From the NCBI GenBank assembly GCA_023213395.1, contig CM041465.1, positions 136,717,741 through 136,781,740 of the forward strand: a stretch of DNA of 64,000 nucleotides. The letters run 5' to 3'. This DNA comes from Cycas panzhihuaensis. Its lineage: Eukaryota > Plantae > Cycadophyta. Position numbers and translations under genes: made by a program. Positions 56,601 to 64,000 of this stretch are shown piece after piece (the stretch's first letter is position 1; the number at the start of each line of letters is the position of its first letter). The notes under the pieces are model-generated. The model searched no databases, was not told the origin of the DNA, and saw only the letters and a program-made list of their open reading frames with translations.

Positions 56601-58886
56601 TTGTTTCATCTAAGGGTCTTGATACTTATGCCACTTTCATTTTCTACCTCAACTTTAAACTCCTTGAATTTGTCAAGGGCTTAATACTTATTCCTTAAGA
56701 AGTATATCTAAACGTTTTTGGAATAATCGTTTATGAAAGTCATGAAAAATAGACTACCATTAAGGGATTGAACTAACATAGGCCTACAAATGTCTTAGTG
56801 GACCAGCTTTGATGTTTCAAAGGCTCTCCATACATTCTTAGATGGGAAGTTTTCTCTTTGTTGTTTTCCCACCAGGTATGCCTCACGAATGCATTTGTTT
56901 CTCTTGATCTTGGGAAGTCCATGCACCATATGAAGGCTAGACATGAGGTTTAAACTTTGTGTGTTTAGGTGACTAAGGCGTTGATGCCATAATTAGGCTT
57001 TAGTATTGTCTGAGGTAGATTTCTCATCTATATGGGAGCATTCACCTAGTTCTTAGACACGAGGTTGGTCCTCTACCATGATATCCTTACCCTTGTCAAG
57101 TTAGGTACCTTGAGCCATTGAACATGATTCTATTGGTGGATTAATAGCTAGGGGAATACCATCAAGTTTATATAAGCTACTGTCTTCATGTCTTATTACT
57201 ACAAGTTGTCTAATTGCATGATTAGTAATGGTATGCATGTCTTGACTAAAGAGGACATCTAGATTCTGCTTGTCGATTTGGCTACTTGAAAGCAAGTTCA
57301 TTTTCATACCTGGAACTTGGAATATATTATTGATGTGATGCATTAATTTGGAGTCTTTCAAAGCTATTAAGGCCCTTTCAATTTTAGTCACACTGTATGT
57401 CAAGTTGTATCTAAATCTGATTATTTGTATGTTAATTAGATAGGTTTCCTACAACATATCTTCTATGTCAGTCATGTGGCAAGTGGTACTTGAGTCAAGT
57501 AGCCAAGAATTATCACTATGTTGAGATAATAATGCTGCGAAGAATAAGTTTTGAGAGGAGGTATCATGGGTGTTTACCATATTTCATCCTTACTAAGTGT
57601 TGGGGTTGGTCCTTTGATTCTTGGGTAGGAACCATTGCTTGTTTTACTAATGTTGATTATGATTTAGTCTTTGGTTCTAATTTTATTAATAAAATTGGGC
57701 TAGTTGTTGGTATGATGGCCCTCCTTGTGGATAGATAGGGCCTTCTTATTGGAAGTAAGAGGCTCCTTATTAAATTATAGGGCCTCCTTATTGTAGATAG
57801 GGGGCTCCTTATCAAGGGCATGGTCCTTCTTATTGATAACCAGTTTTGTCTTATTATTAGTTGGGTGCTCCTTGTTGATAATATGAGGCTCCTTGTTGGA
57901 AGGATGATCCATATGGTTGTACCCCCTGATTTTATAAAATTTGAAGATAAGCATACCTTCTCCTACATTCAACAATAAGATGTTCATTTTTCCCATAGTA
58001 CAAGTAGGTGACATTTGGTCTATGTTATTGGTTTCTTTATGATTGAGGCTGTGGAGGTTAATAGTGTTATTGAACTTGATGGAGGAAGTGCCAATTTGAT
58101 GTGGTTGCTACTAAGTTAGCTACTGACTTATCTCTTATGAGATGTCCAAGGAGTTAAATTATTGAGCAAGGTTTTATACCTGACTTTGTTGTTGAGTTGG
58201 TCGTTGTGTAGTCTTGCCCCTCTCTAAATTCTAGGCTACAAATGCAAGGGTTGAGTGAAAGGTAGATGTTACTCCTTAGCAATTGAGGATGTTTTCTTCT
58301 CTTAGTAGAAGTCCCTTAAATGTGATAAAGTCCATTTTAGTGAATTATCATAGAGTTTAGAAGCAAAACTATTGTATTCAATAAGGAGAATATTAAGGAT
58401 GCTAGATACTAAATCATTGTCTGATGGAGGTTCCCCAAAGATTAATAATTAATTTTTGATTATCTTAACTTTAGTTAGATGAGTAGTAATATTTTCAACA
58501 AAGGAGATAACAAACAATCATGCTTTAAGAATCAAAGATCTTGACTGATCTTTCCTCTCGTAAAGAGCATATAAGACAGTCCAAGCTTCATAAGAGGTTT
58601 GTGTTGTTTCTATATTCTAGTCCACTTGGTCTTTTACTACTAAGTAGAGGAAAGACAAGGCTATATTATCCTGAGCTTTAAAGTTAATTAAGGCAATTAG
58701 ATCATATGAAATTATAATGCTATAATCATTAGGATCTTAGGTAGGTCTAGGTAAATAGATATCACTATTGACATAACTCTAGTAGTCATTTATAATGAGA
58801 AGTTTTTTCACTTATTTCTTCTAAGCTACAAAATTGTTTAGGTCATTAAGTTTAATTATGTTTGATATAAGCATTTAGACTGCCAT
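53650..58886 (-). pseudogene. Element F gag-pol, disrupted
   Basis: ATG at 58886; NIFQVPGMKMNLLS, ITPKEAWIG, EPSTFEEVV and HDARLVVKGFKQ, homologous to B throughout. Confidence 0.9.
55725..56362 (-). mobile_element. Solo LTR (638 bp) inside F integrase, TSD CCTAA/CATAA
   Basis: TGTTGAGA...TCTAACA termini; 4/5 TSD match; host frame KSHIVAIRNITPKEA restored on removal; GC-rich block at 56190-56310; hairpin CCCTAGCA-GTG-TGCTAGGG near 55899-55917. Strand is inferred. Confidence 0.88.
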
Positions 58887-60976
58887 TTCTAAGTGTTTTT
58901 AGTTTTAAGTTTTAAGTGCTTGTATCATATTTACCTAGGGGGCTATTATTCTAGAATTCTAAGTTTGTTGGTCTCCAAGGAAGCTCTCGATTGTTATCTT
59001 GTCTAGTGGTGCTTGCCCACAAGTGGCAAACTAGAGACCCTATATACCAATATATGAGATTCAGGCTCTATATACCTCAGTACGTGGGCTACTAAGAAGG
59101 TCAAAGACCCTCCTACTAATTTGTGTATCCCCCTGTGTTGGACTTATGCCTAACAATATATCTAACTAAGAACTACAACCAAGGTACTCACCTTCTCTAA
59201 GTCTACACAACGACCAAATGAAAGTTTCTCATCTCAACTTGCCACTTAATACACCTTATAGCCAATGGTTTTCTCAACAAATTAGAGAAATGCCAAATGC
59301 ATGTGTAGAGTGGTAACTTCAGGGGTCCTAATTATTCCCCTTACAAGGATGATATAGTTTGCTTATAGATTGAAGATTATCTTTATTAATCTTTCAAGTT
59401 AAAGATGGATTTTAATGTGTTCTTACTTCCAAACAAGGTTCCTTTTAATAAAGGAAGCTAAAAAATAAAAGGTAATATAAGAAATTGAAAGGAAATGTAG
59501 GGTTTAGAGAGTTCTTTAATGGACTTGCTCAAAGAAGATCCACCTCAATCCTTCAAGAAGAACACCTATAATAACTAAACCATAAGCACTTATTAGCTCA
59601 AAAAAATAGATTAGAACGAACTATTAATAAATACTAATATCATAGAATATCAGAAAATTTTATGCAAAGTAGAATATAAGCTTACAAATGATGAATTAAG
59701 GCTTAAGATTGCTTAAATAAGTAGGTCAGCTTGAGCATCTTACAACTCTTATAAAATAGACTCAAATAAGCTAAAAATAGCTTTAGATTGTAGCCCTCTG
59801 AATTATCTTTCCAATGGTTTAGATGACACCGAAATCTGACTCTTCATTAAAAAGTTATGATGAAAATAGTGACATGTACCAGTTTTGAGTTGAAAAATGA
59901 TGAGGATAGGGCTTAAGCCCCCTTAGCTGGCTAACTCTTGGTCCCAATAGGTCACCATGTGACCACTCACTAAGGCTAAAGGGGTTGTAGATCTAAAATT
60001 AGATTTCAATTTCACCTAAAGTTTTTTAAAACGCAAAAATAATTAAAAAGAGTTTTTAAATGTTTGAAGTCCACTCTTTTTCACATAACACACAATCATT
60101 TCATATTCAAACAAGACCAAATCGAAGCCCCCTCGAGTGGATTTCAAAGTCAAATAAAAGATAATTAAATTTAATTTAAATTTTATAAAAAATTAAGTTT
60201 AAAAATTATTCTTTTGCTGCATATGACAACCACACGAAATGACGATTTATTCTATGTGATTTTTTCTACTAGAAACACTTCCAATTTGAATCAAATCAAC
60301 TTGAGATCTTTCTATGGGAGTGCGTCACCCTTTTTCGATCACTTTGAAGCTAGTTTTTTGATCGTATGAGGTCAAATAGTGAGTAAGTACGTTGAACGAG
60401 TGTGGGAGGGCAGTACACTGAGATGTTGTTATTTTTAAGGCCAAATCTCCTTAGAACATGATTAAATCTCACCTTAGGATGCTTGCGTGGCTCTTTGAAT
60501 TACAATATGAAGTTATTTGGTGCCAAGGAAAGTTGTACAAACATTGAGTGAGGTGTAGGAGGCATGAAGGAGCCATACATAGATCTGGGTTGAGTCTCCG
60601 TAAAATCTTCTTCATGTTACCTAAAATAGTAGCAAAGTAGCTGCAGAAGACTATTAGATTTGTCAAAACTTCACTCAGGAGCAAGTTGGAGCATGCATGA
60701 ACAAATTGAGGTTGAAATAGGGGCCAAATGGAGCCGTTTTGGCAAAAAATAGAGCCATGAGTCGTAAAGATTGTGACTACCCTAAAAATCTCCATGTTAA
60801 GGCTACTATAAGCTAAAATCTTTCTGAACTAGCATTAGATTGGTTGATGGCTATTGAATATTATGAAAAACTCTAAAAATGGTGTGAGTAGGGTGCCATT
60901 ATTGGCAAATGGACCTTCATTTCTCATAACTTTCTTAGAAAATCAATAAAGAAAGCATGCAATGGTCCTAATACCA

Positions 60977-61374
60977 TATGAGATTAACTTCAAAATTTAA
61001 TATCTATATGCATTCAACAATAAAACATAGTAAAGTAAATGAAACATCAAATAACATAGCACAAATAAGCAAATGCAATGAGCAAATTGCTACATGCAAA
61101 TTTATTGCACTGTGCAGCTTTAGTTCGACAGAGCTTCTACATCAATTAAATTCTAATATATAAATGTAATGTGTGGAGCTTAATTTACAAGCATTCCATA
61201 GGTATTTTACATCAATCTTATTAGCTGACATATCAGCAAGGGTGGTAGACCCAACATATCTTTATAATATAATTAAATCACATTAAGGGGTCACTTATGA
61301 TACATAAATATACATATAATACATACGTATGTAAATGCTTATAATGTAATGAAGGGTCATTACAAGTTTTAATA
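60977..61374 (-). repeat. 5' LTR of F
   Basis: tatgagattaacttc...gttttaata, adjacent to the PBS remnant. Confidence 0.9.
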
Positions 61375-63560
61375 CACCATAGATGCCAGAATGACATTCT
61401 TGAATAATATAGTTAGACTTTAACTAAAAAACATACCTAATAAGGATTGATTTCACATATGACAATACAATTCATCACCAAGTAAAATATATTATGAAGA
61501 AAGTGGTTAAATATAATGTTTTTCTTCCTTAGAAAGTTTAGGGTTATATATTTATTTTTTAAGGTAGATGATGACATCACCATACTAAATAGAGTGAGTG
61601 TCAAGGAGAAGTAGATACTCATTTAGAAATGAATCATCAAAAGTTTAAATGACATTCTTTTTAGGAATAGGCATCTTAACAATGTGTTTGGTGGTTACTA
61701 TTTAATTTTACATTAATCATGTAGATTTTGAGATTGAATTCTCGTAAGAGAATGATCTACAAGCCAACTTGACTAGACAAATATAATTTAGTGAAGAAAT
61801 GTTTTAAAGGATTCAAATTTACCATTGGCTTAGTATGGGCAAATAGTAAGTAACACCTAAGCTTTTTGCTAACATAAATAATTGCCAAACATTGTTGTTC
61901 AATTTTAGTATAACTGACTTAAAGTTTAGATAGAATTTTCCTAATATATTAAATTGCACATTCTTTAATAGACTTATCAAGTTGTATTAAGACAATCAAT
62001 ATATATACAAGAGACAAAGCCATATAAAGGATGAACTCCTTTTAAAAACCAAAAGGGGCAAGAATGGGGCTTATAATAATACCTTTCTTAAAGATTCAAA
62101 TGTGTTTTGATAGGCATAGTTCTAAATCAGAGGAATTAAGTTCTAAATCAAAGGAATATTTTTCTAACAAAGACAATTAGGAGGTTAGGCTTTAAATACA
62201 AGATCTGTGATGAACCTTCATAAATATTTGATTTTTCCCATAAAAGATTTGATCTATGTCATTGTAATCAGTGGAGGTATTTATAAGATAACTTTGGTCT
62301 TATCTAGGTCAACACTAATATATAAAGCATTGGTTATGAATCTTAAAAAGCTTCTTTACTATTATAATAAAGACATATCTGGTTGGGTTCAATGGAATCA
62401 AGTATTTTATACATCTTTTAAAAATTAGTTATAAATCATGGATGTGATAACCACGTTATAGAGAATGGGCATTTGAATCATCAACATAGGCATGAACTAA
62501 GTTTCAGGAAATGAGATCATAGAAATCAATTGTTATTGCTCATTGATAGGTTGCATTAATGTTGATAAGACTAAATGGCATAATTTGATATGTGCGAATA
62601 CCCCAAACTGTGATGAAAGATGTCATAATTTGATCATATTCATCTAGACTAATATGATTGTAACTAAAGAAGTCACTTATTAAAGATATAGCCTCAAAAC
62701 CAATAGCATAGTCAACAATCATATCAATAAAAGGCAAAGGAAAATTATCTTTTAGACATGCACAATAAAGCTATCAAAAGTCAACATAGACATGATTAGT
62801 CCCATTTTTCTTCACTATGGAAACAATATTAAATACCCATTCTAGGTAATTGATGAGATAAATGAGCCTTACCTTCAACAACATTTTAATTTTATTTTTG
62901 ATCATCTAAACAAGTTGAGACTTAATTGGTCCTTTTTTTTTTCGTTTAACAAATTTTATATTAAGATGAGTTATGATGTTATAAACAACAGTAATGGGAT
63001 CAACTCTTAACATGTCATCATATGACCACATAAATACCTCATGAATTTTGTGAAATAAATCAATATGAGCTTGGTGTTTAATCGACATGTATTTAACTCC
63101 TAATTTAATAATCCATTGGGTAGAAATCAGTGAAGCATCAATGCCAATGGTTTTCCCAATGAGCATGAAATTGTCATCTTTGAAGGGTTTAGTGATAGGA
63201 GGTAAAACATCATCCAATCCATAGAATTAGATGTTAGAATAACAAAGGATATTTACATAACACCTTTACATTAGTCATATCAAATTCAACACTAAGAGTG
63301 TCAGATTCGATTGTGTTTGACATAAAATACAATAGATGTCCATGTCTTTAATATAAATCATCCAAAGGGGTTTTATTATAAATTCCAAAATATCTTCATC
63401 ATCTTAGAAAAGATCAAGGGAATAGATTGATTTTGTTTCAACTATAAATACATCTTGTGAGGACATGGAGGTTATATCAATTCTTTTGAGAGGCATAAGA
63501 CCATAAATATCTAAACTCGTATCTTCAAAATGTTGTTCATGTTTAACATCGAAGAATGGA
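61375..63560 (-). pseudogene. Element G part 1: Tat-like gypsy pre-RT spacer, RT, RNase H, tether and start of integrase
   Basis: VFMWSYDDMLRVDP, DNFPLPFIDMIVDYAIGFEAISLISDFFSYNHI, YQIMPFSLININATYQ, IILLREFNL and FDDSFLNEYLLLLD...YGDVIIYL. The right boundary is approximate. Confidence 0.85.
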
Positions 63561-64000
63561 ATAATCTAAAAGTTAGAAATTTCAAGAATAACCATATAAT
63601 AAAACTTAGACAATTTGATGACTCTGATGTAATTACCATCTAAAAACTAAATTTCATTAAAAAAAAAGAAGACAATATAATTGTCATGGCATGAATTTAT
63701 CCATAACCTAAAAGAATATTATAGTTCAAAATCTAATTAACAACTTTAACATTAATATGAATAATTTTACTTAAAAAAAAAAAATTTAAAATATAATCCA
63801 TTGAAAAACATTTAACTACATCAAAACATATAATCAATATAAAACTTTTTTTAGAAACTTAAATTCAAAAAATGTAACTTTGTATATCATTTTAAATTAA
63901 AAATTAACTTTTAATTTAATTTAACACACGATTTTAAACTTAAATTCTATTATGACACATTTATAAATAGAAATCTATTTAACTTAAAAAAAAAAAAAAG

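Noticed and set aside
63560-64000. AT-rich end resembling a DNA-transposon interior or an intron
   Set aside because: No TIR, TSD or convincing transposase motif is visible within the window.

Overview
This window is 64 kb of AT-rich, repeat-saturated eukaryotic DNA in which I can recognise no host gene, tRNA or rRNA. The element types suggest a large-genome land plant, probably gymnosperm-like (inference only). It is a stack of decayed, nested retrotransposons. A Tat-like gypsy element (A, + strand, about 2088-23390) is split by two Copia elements with intact target-site duplications (TSDs): D at 4164-9241 (-) and B at 9725-22667 (+). B carries a CRM-like chromovirus (C, 12474-18361) whose RT core is deleted. 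After A come a structured higher-order repeat array (23411-23900), a 5.6-kb alternating purine-pyrimidine microsatellite, and a full-length L1 LINE with RNase H and a 15-bp TSD (31328-37611, -). Further on are a Copia RT/RH fragment, an internally deleted Tat-like element (E, -), a tandem dimer of gag-only Copia derivatives (45119-49710) and an L1 ORF1 relic. A second Tat-like element (G, -) is split by Copia F (53138-61374, -, same family as B); F is flanked by a 65-bp duplication instead of a 5-bp TSD and contains a solo LTR. All TE reading frames are pseudogenised, and the long Y/I/H/M/C ORFs in the track are microsatellite artefacts. The most promising leads are the structured array downstream of the Tat integrase, the 65-bp duplication, the gag-only heterodimer and a prion-like QQG(A/G)PxY heptad in the B/F polyprotein. 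All alignments and counts were done by eye.
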